Shown: positions 1-8,752, numbered from the stretch's first letter. The stretch is 25,948 nt of DNA from Prevotella sp. (GCA_031285625.1 JAITVV010000094.1:1-25948); one strand, 5' to 3'. Notes: generated by a model from the letters alone, not told the origin. Translations and numbers: made by a program.

Positions 1-1
1 T

Positions 2-130
2 AATAGTAAGTTTTTAACAAATAATTCTATAGGATTTTTTTCATCATTTAACTTTATCTTAAAATTAGAAGAGGAGAATGATTATCCCAAATTTACTATT
101 CTTAATCCTGATCTTGATAATATTGAATAA
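2..130 (+). CDS. 3' end of a hypothetical protein truncated by the window edge
   Basis: Open frame from nt 2 to TAA at 128-130 (NSKFLTNNSIGFFSSFNFILKLEEENDYPKFTILNPDLDNIE*); same strand as the following AT-rich ORFs. Confidence 0.5.
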   Translation, partial: NSKFLTNNSIGFFSSFNFILKLEEENDYPKFTILNPDLDNIE

Positions 131-338
131 CTCTGATTAATGAATTGATAAGAAAGAAATATTAAAGATTAGTAATATGAATAAACATATTAGATCAATT
201 TTAGACAGATATGAATATCCTATAATTAATTCTTTTACATTTGCCAATGGCGATATGTTAGTATTACGAAGCCATTTTATAGGAGAAGTATATAAAATAA
301 GGGTTCTATGCAAATCTACAATTAATATATCGAAAATT

Positions 339-841
339 ATGAACATAGAAGAAATAAAGATAATATTATTGAAATCTGATCTTTCAGAATTTATAAATGC
401 CTTAGATAGTTTTAATGTAAATGAGCATGATAACTTTGGCAATAGTATTCTTCATTATTATCCTTAAACTTCAAAGATATTTTTGAGGTTGTACTAGATA
501 AGGGTCTAAGTATAGATGACAAACAATCTAAAGGACAATTTCAGAGAAGTTGTTTAAGCATTTCGGTAGTTCTAAATTTGAGAGATGTCTTTGATTTTTT
601 AATCAATAAAGGAGCAAATATAAATTCAGTGGATGCAAATGGCAATAGCATATTAAATGCTGCCGTTTTTAATTATTCTAAGGATACAGATAATTATGGC
701 TATTATATAGGAGAACTATTAAAATATGGAGCGGATTCTTTTTTAAGAAATAAGCATGATGTTTCGGCATATTCTTTAGCTGAAAGTATAGCAAACACTG
801 ATGTTAAGAAATTCTTCATAGGTATAGAGAAACCACATTAG
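339..841 (+). pseudogene. Frameshifted ankyrin-repeat protein (immunity-like)
   Basis: ATG 339 reads MNIEEIK...NVNEHDNFGNSILHYYP* (stop 467). A second frame open from 446 continues SLNFKDIFEVVLDKGLSIDDKQSKGQFQRSCLSISV...LINKGANINSVDANGNSILNAAV...LLKYGAD to 841. Ankyrin-like motifs lie on both sides of the break. Confidence 0.75.
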
Positions 842-887
842 ACTCTTTTTCTGTTACTTTTGTCACCTTTTAGGTAATTTGGAATAT

Positions 888-1184
888 ATGAGAAATACTT
901 TAAAGAAATCCGATATTTCTATATCAAATAGAATAGATTCCTTTTATGAATTTATTGAAGAGAAAATAAAAGGAGGATGGAAGAGAAATGATGTATATTT
1001 ATTTGTGGAAGAGGTTCTCAATGATTGTGATTTGGAGCTGGAAATTGCAGATGCTGTTTATGAGTTTAAGACTTCATTGATAGGGGATGCTGCACCTGCC
1101 TCTATTTTTAGATTTGAGGGAGATCCTGAAGATGATGAGGATTTAGCAAAGTATGTAAGAAGTAATATCTGGAAAGATAGTTAA
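888..1184 (+). CDS. Small acidic hypothetical protein, possibly an orphan immunity protein
   Basis: ORF 879..1184 with ATG at 888; D/E-rich, no signal peptide; lies in the AT-rich island. Confidence 0.6.
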   Translation: MRNTLKKSDISISNRIDSFYEFIEEKIKGGWKRNDVYLFVEEVLNDCDLELEIADAVYEFKTSLIGDAAPASIFRFEGDPEDDEDLAKYVRSNIWKDS

Positions 1185-1227
1185 GGAAATTTAGTATTTC
1201 CGGGATTGTAGAAATGACATATGTTTG

Positions 1228-1854
1228 TTATTTATATGATAACTTATCCCACACAAACTTTTTGGAGTCAATAAGATAAGGCTTTATCTTCTTATAATCA
1301 TCAGTAGTCAGATAATTTTCAATATCATAACTTGCTGCTATAGATGTGTCTTCTGCTGAAAGGGTTATAACAATAGGATTCATATCCAGTGCTGCATAAG
1401 CGTTCTGGAAATCCTGGCTATTTCTGTCTACATCAGCTTTTATAAACCAATCCTTATCTTTTTTGGGGAAAAGATCTCCTTGGGGGATTGGCATCCACTT
1501 GGTAGTATAGAATTGTATCTGGCTATCACACATCTTTGCACATACTGTTTTGACGACACAGATAATTTTAGAATCATTAATCAGGGGTAAAAGCTTGATC
1601 TGTATAGTACCTGCTTCTGATGTCTGTAACGAAATAAAATCATCGGATATAGCAATCCTTTCCATTTTTCCCAACACACCTCTGTCTACAACAATACCTG
1701 TTGTATCATCATGGTTGGATACAAGTTTTTCTTTGCCAGCAGCCTCCAGTCCAAAAATAATGTCTTCAGGCATTGTAAGGAATACTTCTCCGATATTTTG
1801 TGCTGATACAGAGATTGATGCAAATAGAGCTATAATAAATATTATTCTTTTCAT
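1228..1854 (-). CDS. DUF3256 family exported protein
   Basis: Signal peptide ...SVSA-Q; 'FLTMPED' and 'QIKLLP..IICVVKTVCAKMCDSQIQFYTTKW' match the Bacteroidetes family; usual neighbour of truA/DMT. Confidence 0.8.
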   Translation of the reverse strand: MKRIIFIIALFASISVSAQNIGEVFLTMPEDIIFGLEAAGKEKLVSNHDDTTGIVVDRGVLGKMERIAISDDFISLQTSEAGTIQIKLLPLINDSKIICVVKTVCAKMCDSQIQFYTTKWMPIPQGDLFPKKDKDWFIKADVDRNSQDFQNAYAALDMNPIVITLSAEDTSIAASYDIENYLTTDDYKKIKPYLIDSKKFVWDKLSYK

Positions 1855-1878
1855 TTTTGTTATTTTAATACCACAGAT

Positions 1879-2778
1879 TTATTTGGTACCCAAATATAGG
1901 AAAAACATTGCGACAATAATTAAAATAAGATCTATAGCTTTTCCTTTTAAGTTTTTTTCATGGAAGAATAGGACTCCTCCGGCAAAAGATACCAACACAC
2001 TGCTGCGCCTTACCATGGAAACAATGGAGATCATGGCATCAGGGTCTGTTAATGCATAAAAGTATACAAAGTCAGCAATAGTGAGGAATACCGAAACCAG
2101 AATGATACTCGATCTCCATGTGAATCGTGTCGTCTTTTCCCGTTTCGGATACCACAAGGTTATCATTACAACAAGCATTAATAAACACTGGTATGAGTTG
2201 AACCAGAACTGAACAGCAGTAGAGCTAAACTTCTGCATCAGAAATTTGTCATACAATCCACTTGTAGCACCGGCAATGGCAGCCAGCAGCATAAAAAATA
2301 TCCATTTATTCTTATGGAAGCTGATGCCTTCTTTTTTTCCCGATAACGAAAGGAGGAAAAATGATATAATAGTGATAATCACTCCTATCCATTGGTATAA
2401 ATTAAGCCTCTCTCCAAAAATGAGCAATGCGCCTATTAGAGTCATCACAGGGCGTGTTGCATTGATTGGCCCTGTAATGGTCAGAGGCAAATGTTTTATT
2501 GCAAAGTAACCAAAGATCCATGATGTGAGGACGATTACCGACTTTACAAAAATATATCCATGAGTTTCCCACGAAACAGAAGGTACATATCCGATAGTTC
2601 CAGTTAATGTATCAGGTGATAATTTAGATATAAGAACAAGAGGTGATAATAGTATTGAGCAGAATAGTGTATTAAGGAACAATACAGGTATTACTGCATT
2701 TTCATTCACCGACTTCTTTTTACAAATATCATAACATCCCAGAAAGAATGCTGATACAAATGCCAGAGCTAACCACAT
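1879..2778 (-). CDS. EamA/DMT family transporter
   Basis: 299 aa, about 10 hydrophobic segments in two repeats; 'LIFGERLNLYQWIGV' and 'LFFHEKNL' EamA-type motifs. Confidence 0.9.
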   Translation of the reverse strand: MWLALAFVSAFFLGCYDICKKKSVNENAVIPVLFLNTLFCSILLSPLVLISKLSPDTLTGTIGYVPSVSWETHGYIFVKSVIVLTSWIFGYFAIKHLPLTITGPINATRPVMTLIGALLIFGERLNLYQWIGVIITIISFFLLSLSGKKEGISFHKNKWIFFMLLAAIAGATSGLYDKFLMQKFSSTAVQFWFNSYQCLLMLVVMITLWYPKREKTTRFTWRSSIILVSVFLTIADFVYFYALTDPDAMISIVSMVRRSSVLVSFAGGVLFFHEKNLKGKAIDLILIIVAMFFLYLGTK

Positions 2779-2796
2779 TTTGTATTAATTATATTA

Positions 2797-2833
2797 CAAT
2801 AAAATAAGGGCACAAAGATAATCTCTGCGCCCT
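2797..2833 (-). terminator. Intrinsic terminator after nhaA
   Basis: Minus-strand AGGGCGCAGAGAT-T-ATCTTTGTGCCCT pairs fully with two G-U wobbles and is followed by TATTTTATTG; begins 5 nt after the nhaA stop. Confidence 0.7.
2813..2820 (-). promoter_or_regulatory. Bacteroidetes primary-sigma -7 element for DMT-DUF3256
   Basis: TATCTTTG matches TAnnTTTG, about 35 nt upstream of the ATG at 2778; embedded in the terminator arm. Confidence 0.65.
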
Positions 2834-2838
2834 CTGTT

Positions 2839-4014
2839 TTAATCTTCTATGTTTTTTATTTTTTCTTTCTTCAATACATAATTGAGCCAGGTGTATCCTA
2901 TAATACCGGAAGCCAAAGATGCGAGTAATATCATCAATTTAGACTCATTTATGTGGTGGGCATCGTTGAATGCCAGTAAGGTGATAAATATAGACATAGT
3001 GAATCCTATACCGCCCAGCATACCGGCTCCCAACAATCCTTTCCATTTTATACCCCTAGGTAATGAACATAGTCCGGTTTTTACAGATATAAAACTGAAT
3101 AAAGTGATGCCTATAGGTTTACCGACAATCAGTCCGAAAAGAATACCCAGAGCAAAAGGCTCACCTATAGACTGATCCCAGTTGCCTTCTATTATCATTG
3201 CAGTATTGGCCAGAGCAAATAAAGGTAATACAAAGAAAGCAACAGGGTAATGAAGGAAATGCTGCCAACGATTCGACATACATTTTTCATCTTTCTTCCT
3301 GAAAGGGATTGTGATCGCTAGCAGAACTCCTGCTATGGTAGCATGTACACCCGAATTAAGCATAAAATACCACATAATTATTCCTCCAATAATATAAGGA
3401 ATCATATTATTTACATGAAATTTCTTATTTAACAAAAGCAATAATACAAACATTCCCAAAGCAATTCCAAGACTTATCCATGATAGGGATGTCGTATAAA
3501 ATATAGCAATAACTATAATAGCACCCAGATCATCTATTACGGCCAGTGCTGTTAAAAAAACTTTGAGTGATGTAGGTACGCGGTTACCTAATAAGGATAA
3601 GATACCTAAGGCAAAGGCGATATCTGTGGCCATCGGTATTCCAAATCCTGATTGAGTAGGAGTTCCATAATTGAGAAACATATAAATACCCGCAGGAATC
3701 AGCATGCCACCTAAGGCTCCTGATATAGGTAGCATAGCACGTTTTACATTCGATAATTCTCCCTCATATATTTCTTGTATTAGCTCAAGCCCGACTAATA
3801 AGAAAAATATGGCCATCAGTCCATCATTGATCCAATGGGCTATAGAATGGGTACCCAGATGGAAATCCCATAGTGCAAGGTAGTTTTGGCCAATACTGGA
3901 ATTTGCCAACAAAAGTGAGATAAGTGTACAGACAATAAGTACAAGTCCTCCTGACTTTTCACTTTCCATGAAACCTTTTAATGTTCTTCCGCTTAGGATC
4001 TGGTTAATTCTCAT
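2839..4014 (-). CDS. nhaA: Na+/H+ antiporter NhaA
   Basis: WINDGLMAIFF, ATDIAFA, LAVIDDLG (paired Asp), SGVHATIAG, GKPIGI and GIGFTMSIFI motifs. Confidence 0.96.
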   Translation of the reverse strand: MRINQILSGRTLKGFMESEKSGGLVLIVCTLISLLLANSSIGQNYLALWDFHLGTHSIAHWINDGLMAIFFLLVGLELIQEIYEGELSNVKRAMLPISGALGGMLIPAGIYMFLNYGTPTQSGFGIPMATDIAFALGILSLLGNRVPTSLKVFLTALAVIDDLGAIIVIAIFYTTSLSWISLGIALGMFVLLLLLNKKFHVNNMIPYIIGGIIMWYFMLNSGVHATIAGVLLAITIPFRKKDEKCMSNRWQHFLHYPVAFFVLPLFALANTAMIIEGNWDQSIGEPFALGILFGLIVGKPIGITLFSFISVKTGLCSLPRGIKWKGLLGAGMLGGIGFTMSIFITLLAFNDAHHINESKLMILLASLASGIIGYTWLNYVLKKEKIKNIED

Positions 4015-4020
4015 TATTAA

Positions 4021-4770
4021 TTATTTAAATATGTCATTATTATACTCGATTTCTTCCAGAAAGAGGGCATGTCCAGGAACTGATGTCCCTGCTGCACTCC
4101 TGTCTTTTGCCTCTATGATACTACGGATACCACCTTCATCTATTTTTCCACGACCAGCTTCCAATAATGTGCCTACAATAGAACGCACCATATTGCGAAG
4201 GAAACGGTTTGCCTTAATTGTAAAAATAAAGTTATTCCCATGCTGTTCCCAATTTGCCAGCATCACAGTGCAATTATTGGTTTTAACATCAGTATGCAAT
4301 TTGCTGAAACTCGTAAAATCTTCATACTCGAAAAGGATATTTGCACAAGCATTCATTCTTTCTGTATCAAGATTCCCATGCACTTTATACTTCAGATGGT
4401 GCAGAAAGGGATCCTTCTCAGTTGTAATATAATACCTGTATAACCTGCTTGTAGCATCGAAGCGTGCATGTGCCTCCGGTCTGACCTCTACTATTTTGTA
4501 TATTGCAATATCTTTAGGTAAGATGCTGTTTAGTTTTTTTGTTAACAGTAATAAATCCAGATTTTCTGATTCATTTTCAAAATGTGCTATCATCATACGG
4601 GCATGTACTCCTGCATCGGTGCGTCCAGCGCCAACAATCGGAGTAGGGATACGCAGAAGAATTGCAAGAGCCTTTTCTATAACCTCCTGTACTGAGATAC
4701 CATTGGGCTGTACTTGCCAGCCGCAATAATTTTCTCCATTATAAGCCAAATATATAAAATAGCGTTTCAT
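4021..4770 (-). CDS. truA: tRNA pseudouridine(38-40) synthase
   Basis: YNGENYCGWQ, GRTDAGVHA, HARFDA and FLRNMVR motifs. Start MKRYF at 4770 overlaps the upstream stop (TAATG). Confidence 0.97.
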   Translation of the reverse strand: MKRYFIYLAYNGENYCGWQVQPNGISVQEVIEKALAILLRIPTPIVGAGRTDAGVHARMMIAHFENESENLDLLLLTKKLNSILPKDIAIYKIVEVRPEAHARFDATSRLYRYYITTEKDPFLHHLKYKVHGNLDTERMNACANILFEYEDFTSFSKLHTDVKTNNCTVMLANWEQHGNNFIFTIKANRFLRNMVRSIVGTLLEAGRGKIDEGGIRSIIEAKDRSAAGTSVPGHALFLEEIEYNNDIFK

Positions 4771-5426
4771 TATCTCACTGTTATGTGAAAGCAAGCCTGC
4801 TTACGCTCATGTTTGATATAACATCTTTCTCTTTCCCGCAAATCATGAAGAACCTGGCCCAATACAGCTTTCAACCTGCCGTCATCCAGATTGCGATCAT
4901 CTGTAGGGTCTATTTTATCAAATCTTGTCCATGCAATATCTATAGTTGTACCATAACGATGAACCGAGTTATCACTTGCATTGCGATTCCGTTTCGACAA
5001 GCCTTTTACATCATCATTTGTACGCGTTATACTTGTAACTATAGGTTTGTAAAGTGGCATTTTCTTACTAATTAACGAATCTCTGAAATTGATACAGATA
5101 TCAGATAACAATGTCGCGGCCTTAGGTACCAGAAGGGGCATAGAATGGGTCAGTTTATCCACCCGGTATATTTCCAATTCTCCAGGAATTCTTACAAGTT
5201 TGTCTTCATATTGAGCTGTATCTGCGCGAGTTTCCAACGGGCCAACTCCATTTACGGCTGCAGCAGCCAGATGCAACTCAGGCAAATCGTTGAATGTAGA
5301 ACTATATTTGCCATTAAAACGACTATATTTTTTAGGCTCTGTTGGTTTATCATCTTCTTTACTTTTTCCTTTAGAGCTACAACTTATCAGAGAAAGAATA
5401 CTAATTAGTATCCAAATATATTTCAT
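4770..5426 (-). CDS. DUF5715 family lipoprotein (M15-like metallopeptidase motifs)
   Basis: Lipobox-like LISC; 'TSITRT', 'SVHRYGTTIDI' (H-x6-D) and C-terminal 'ERKQACFHITVR'. Confidence 0.8.
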   Translation of the reverse strand: MKYIWILISILSLISCSSKGKSKEDDKPTEPKKYSRFNGKYSSTFNDLPELHLAAAAVNGVGPLETRADTAQYEDKLVRIPGELEIYRVDKLTHSMPLLVPKAATLLSDICINFRDSLISKKMPLYKPIVTSITRTNDDVKGLSKRNRNASDNSVHRYGTTIDIAWTRFDKIDPTDDRNLDDGRLKAVLGQVLHDLRERERCYIKHERKQACFHITVR

Positions 5427-5429
5427 ATG

Positions 5430-6188
5430 CTACCTTTTTACCTTTATTGTTTGAGATTCTTCACAACCATCATATCTGAGATAAACAGCAGAAGGAGTGA
5501 CTTTGGTTATTGTATAAAAAGCATGGTGTCCTGTACCTCCGAAGCAAGGATCATCAGGAGTTTCAACCTTTATTTTTTTATTCTGTTCAACATCATAGAG
5601 AATAAGTTCATATGCTTCATCATCGAGATAGAATATTAAACCATTCTTTATATCATATGTTCCGGAATGTCCTGCTATAATTAATTCTCCGGATTTCTTA
5701 TCAAATAGATTTATATACAAGGCATAATTGCCTCCGCCACTATACTCTAAAGCAAAGCAATTATCAAAATCGATACTGTCATATCCTAATCTGTATTTTG
5801 CAGGCTCAGTTCCATATGAACTGGCAATAACAGAGTCGATATTTTCGCCAATCAGTCTGGCGTAATGTCCATAATGAATTCTTCCGTTTTTCTGATAACC
5901 ATCGGCAGCAGGGAAGAAAATCAACTGATAATTATTTTTTAATAGAAAGGTATCTGCAAATAATGTATCATCGTCATATGGAAATACGACATAATCAAGA
6001 GGTTTATCCCAGTTGATGGAATCATATGGGACCAGAGTACTATCGGGAAGCATAATAAAGGCAGGCAGGCTATCTTCTCCAACAGATAGGCTATCATTCT
6101 GATTCACAAATCTATTATCTTTAAATATAATAAAAGAGCTTGCAATCAGAAAAAAAACCAGAATTATATAGATTAGCGGTTTTAACAT
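5430..6188 (-). CDS. Hypothetical N-terminally membrane-anchored protein
   Basis: ATG 6188 (MLKPLIYIILVFFLIASSFIIF) lies downstream of a -7 element; the track start at 6221 is upstream of that element. Stop is 3 nt from the DUF5715 start. Confidence 0.75.
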   Translation of the reverse strand: MLKPLIYIILVFFLIASSFIIFKDNRFVNQNDSLSVGEDSLPAFIMLPDSTLVPYDSINWDKPLDYVVFPYDDDTLFADTFLLKNNYQLIFFPAADGYQKNGRIHYGHYARLIGENIDSVIASSYGTEPAKYRLGYDSIDFDNCFALEYSGGGNYALYINLFDKKSGELIIAGHSGTYDIKNGLIFYLDDEAYELILYDVEQNKKIKVETPDDPCFGGTGHHAFYTITKVTPSAVYLRYDGCEESQTIKVKR

Positions 6189-6210
6189 ACCTTTGTTATA
6201 ATTTCGGGCA

Positions 6211-6218
6211 CAAAGGTA
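6211..6218 (-). promoter_or_regulatory. -7 promoter element of the hyp-DUF5715-truA-nhaA operon
   Basis: TACCTTTG matches TAnnTTTG, 22 nt upstream of ATG 6188. Confidence 0.7.
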
Positions 6219-6244
6219 CAAAATAACAAGCTTTTGCCTGTTAT
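6219..6244 (-). terminator. Probable terminator after the DUF2867 gene
   Basis: Minus-strand ATAACAGGC-AAAA-GCTTGTTAT stem (one G-U) followed by TTTG. Confidence 0.45.
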
Positions 6245-6296
6245 GAATATCTATTTTTGCATTTTGATAACAATTAAAAATATAAAACAGAATGAA

Positions 6297-6791
6297 CTAT
6301 TCTTTCATTTTCAATATTCTCCTTAATTGTGATTTAACAATTATACTATGAAAGAATTTTACAGGGAAGAAATATATTTTGCCTCCAATATTATTATAAT
6401 GCACAATTGTTGTAACATAGATTTTTGACTCTTTTCTATCATTTAGAACAGATACCCTAAAAATCAAATGTTTATCATCTTCTTCCATCAGTATCTCATT
6501 ATCATTTCTGTTAATAACAGGAAATCCCATCGCTCTTGCCCCAATCGGGTAGTAATCCGACTCCCGAATTGTTTCATCCGTTTTTAAACCAAAAAGTTTA
6601 ACAATGGAGTTTCTTAATTTCATTAACCAATTCACCCACTTGGGTGTTCTGAAGATCTCTGTAGTAAGTTTATCTATAGTATATGTTGTTTCTTTTTCGA
6701 TCATATATGAATCAAGATAATCAATTCTTTTGAAACCGCCGGAAATAATAGATTTATTGGGAATAGTATCTGAGGAAATGACTTTTTTCAT
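6297..6791 (-). CDS. DUF2867 domain-containing protein
   Basis: 'DYLDSY', 'PKWVNWLMKLRNSIVKLFGLK', 'DDKHLIFRVSV' and 'TTIVHYNN.GGKIYFFPVKFFH' are typical of DUF2867. Confidence 0.85.
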   Translation of the reverse strand: MKKVISSDTIPNKSIISGGFKRIDYLDSYMIEKETTYTIDKLTTEIFRTPKWVNWLMKLRNSIVKLFGLKTDETIRESDYYPIGARAMGFPVINRNDNEILMEEDDKHLIFRVSVLNDRKESKIYVTTIVHYNNIGGKIYFFPVKFFHSIIVKSQLRRILKMKE

Positions 6792-6818
6792 TGTTCTGAC
6801 TATTATAATTACCTATAA

Positions 6819-6826
6819 CAAAAGTA
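6819..6826 (-). promoter_or_regulatory. -7 element for the DUF2867 gene
   Basis: TACTTTTG on the minus strand, with a TTTG 17 nt upstream (6844-6847). Confidence 0.65.
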
Positions 6827-6862
6827 GTAGTTAAAGAAATTGTCAAATTGAAAATTAAGCCA

Positions 6863-6870
6863 TACTTTTG
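6863..6870 (+). promoter_or_regulatory. -7 element for the AraC gene
   Basis: TACTTTTG 17 nt before ATG 6888. Confidence 0.6.
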
Positions 6871-6887
6871 TCCAAACACGACAAATT

Positions 6888-7871
6888 ATGCAGATCACAG
6901 TTGGACTTTTCAATATTCTTTTTTATCACTTCAATGATATAGGTATGAGTGAGAAAGAAATATTATCATATCTAAAACTTGATTCCAAGATATTAAATAA
7001 TACAACTAATACGATAGATGCTGATGTAGTGGGACGATATCTGGAATTAGTAACTGTCAAGAAGAATAATTATAGAATAGGATTAGAGACAGGCTTTATG
7101 CTACCGTTTACAATAACAGGCTCTATTTTTAATCATCATTATAATTGTAATACAGTTCGCGAAGTTTTTGAAGATCCGGTATTACTATCTATTGTAAACA
7201 ATACAATTTCCGAATATACCGATCGCATTGAAAATAATCTTCTGTATCATGAAATATCAGTGAATCCCATTTTTGCTCAAAAATATCCTGTAGCAACAAA
7301 ACAATGGTATGATATGCAATATGGCATTTGCCTGCAACTGGCTCATAGCTATACAGGAAAAAATCTGTATCCGATGGTTGCCCATTCTGTCTATGCAAAA
7401 GAAGATGATAAATTAGAGGAATACTTAAACTGTCCTGTTCTTTATTCTCAGGATAAATTGGCGATGGTATTTCCTGAATCAGTTTTAGATTTACCTATTA
7501 AAACAAGCAATAAGAGTTTACTACCAATCTTTGAAGATTTTATAAGTGAGATAGAACGGGATACACAATATAAAAAATTATCTGATGTGGTCAGCAAATA
7601 CATTTCAGAACATATATCAACAATTAATCCAAGCCTGAAATTAGTGGCTAAGAATTTTAATATGAGTGAACGGAGCCTTCAGCGAAGATTAAAGGATGAA
7701 GGAACTTCTTATCAGCTTATTCTTGATCGTTTGCGTATTGACCTATCTCAAAAATATTTAAATAGTAACATTCCATTTTCAGAGATAGCCTTTCTCCTCG
7801 GATTTGAGAGTCAAAGTGCATTTAATAAGTTCTTTAAGAAACATTTTGATTGTTCTCCCAGCCAGTATTAG
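6888..7871 (+). CDS. AraC family transcriptional regulator (long N-terminal ligand-binding domain)
   Basis: C-terminal 'VAKNFNMSERSLQRRLKDEGTSY...EIAFLLGFESQSAFNKFFKK' double HTH. Confidence 0.92.
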   Translation: MQITVGLFNILFYHFNDIGMSEKEILSYLKLDSKILNNTTNTIDADVVGRYLELVTVKKNNYRIGLETGFMLPFTITGSIFNHHYNCNTVREVFEDPVLLSIVNNTISEYTDRIENNLLYHEISVNPIFAQKYPVATKQWYDMQYGICLQLAHSYTGKNLYPMVAHSVYAKEDDKLEEYLNCPVLYSQDKLAMVFPESVLDLPIKTSNKSLLPIFEDFISEIERDTQYKKLSDVVSKYISEHISTINPSLKLVAKNFNMSERSLQRRLKDEGTSYQLILDRLRIDLSQKYLNSNIPFSEIAFLLGFESQSAFNKFFKKHFDCSPSQY

Positions 7872-8437
7872 ATATTATCTATTGCTTTCCGTAAGGCTTC
7901 AGCTGCATTATTTACAGTAACATGCCATTCCTCAGCAGCACTGCCATCTGCGCCATCTGAGATATACTTTAAACACAAGAAAGGAATATTTTCTTTTTTA
8001 GCAATATAAGCTAACGGGTAGGCCTCCATGTCAACAACATTATAGATAGGAGTGGAATGATTTACTTCAAAATTGTCTCCAGTGCCACAAATACCCTTTT
8101 GCATTCCTTCTATCTCAATTCCATATGACAGAATATATCCTATATCAGAAAAAGGAGTTTCGTACATTTTGCACCCCAGTGTGGTAACGTCCATATCGCG
8201 TTGTACAAACTGTGTACAGCAGATAACAGAACCTCTGTCAAATACGGAACTACCGGCAGATCCCAGGTTTATAATAACACCGGGTCTTGATTCGATAATC
8301 TTTTTAGTAAGACAATAAGCTGCATTCACTTTCCCTACTCCGATAAAAAGAGGACTTACGTCATGAAATTTGTCAGCGGCTTCGCTTTCGAGAGCAAAAA
8401 CAAAAAGAGGGTTCTTATTTAATAATTCTTTTATCAT
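7868..8437 (-). CDS. Nucleosidase, MTA/SAH nucleosidase / PNP_UDP_1 family
   Basis: GVGKVNAA, NLGSAG, TGDNF, VDMEA and KYISDGAD motifs. Confidence 0.85.
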   Translation of the reverse strand: MIKELLNKNPLFVFALESEAADKFHDVSPLFIGVGKVNAAYCLTKKIIESRPGVIINLGSAGSSVFDRGSVICCTQFVQRDMDVTTLGCKMYETPFSDIGYILSYGIEIEGMQKGICGTGDNFEVNHSTPIYNVVDMEAYPLAYIAKKENIPFLCLKYISDGADGSAAEEWHVTVNNAAEALRKAIDNI

Positions 8438-8477
8438 ATTTCAAGAAGTTCGTCGAACATCAGTTATATTATCTGTA

Positions 8478-8508
8478 TAAAAGTAACGAATATCTTTTTA
8501 TGTACAAA
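8478..8508 (-). promoter_or_regulatory. -33/-7 promoter for the nucleosidase
   Basis: Minus-strand TTTG (8508-8505), 19-nt spacer, TACTTTTA (8485-8478; one mismatch to TAnnTTTG). Confidence 0.55.
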
Positions 8509-8752
8509 TTAAAAAGTACTATGCCATTGATGCAGACTTGCCTTTTTATCTTGATTTTGTTTTTTAATTAAAGAAGTTTATTTTTGTTTAAAGCGTTGTA
8601 ATATTCCAGATAATTTTCTGTAATTTGCGCTGAAGTTATTCATATAATTAATTCATTCCTCTTTTCTAAATATTAAGTTGTAATCAGTATTTTATCAGAA
8701 GAAATTATTTTGAACTTGCGTTATTTCCGGGAGAATTTTCCGTTACCAGTAT

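Noticed and set aside
137-442. Minus-strand 101-aa ORF
   Set aside because: Antisense shadow of the ankyrin gene; no recognisable motifs.
1550-5639. Plus-strand ORFs (1550, 2246, 2882, 3968, 4240, 4496, 4785, 5145, 5427)
   Set aside because: All lie antisense to well-supported minus-strand genes and have shadow-like composition.
8595-8628. Possible promoter of the ECF sigma gene (GTTG...TAATTTGC)
   Set aside because: Does not match TAnnTTTG spacing exactly; plausible but not supportable.
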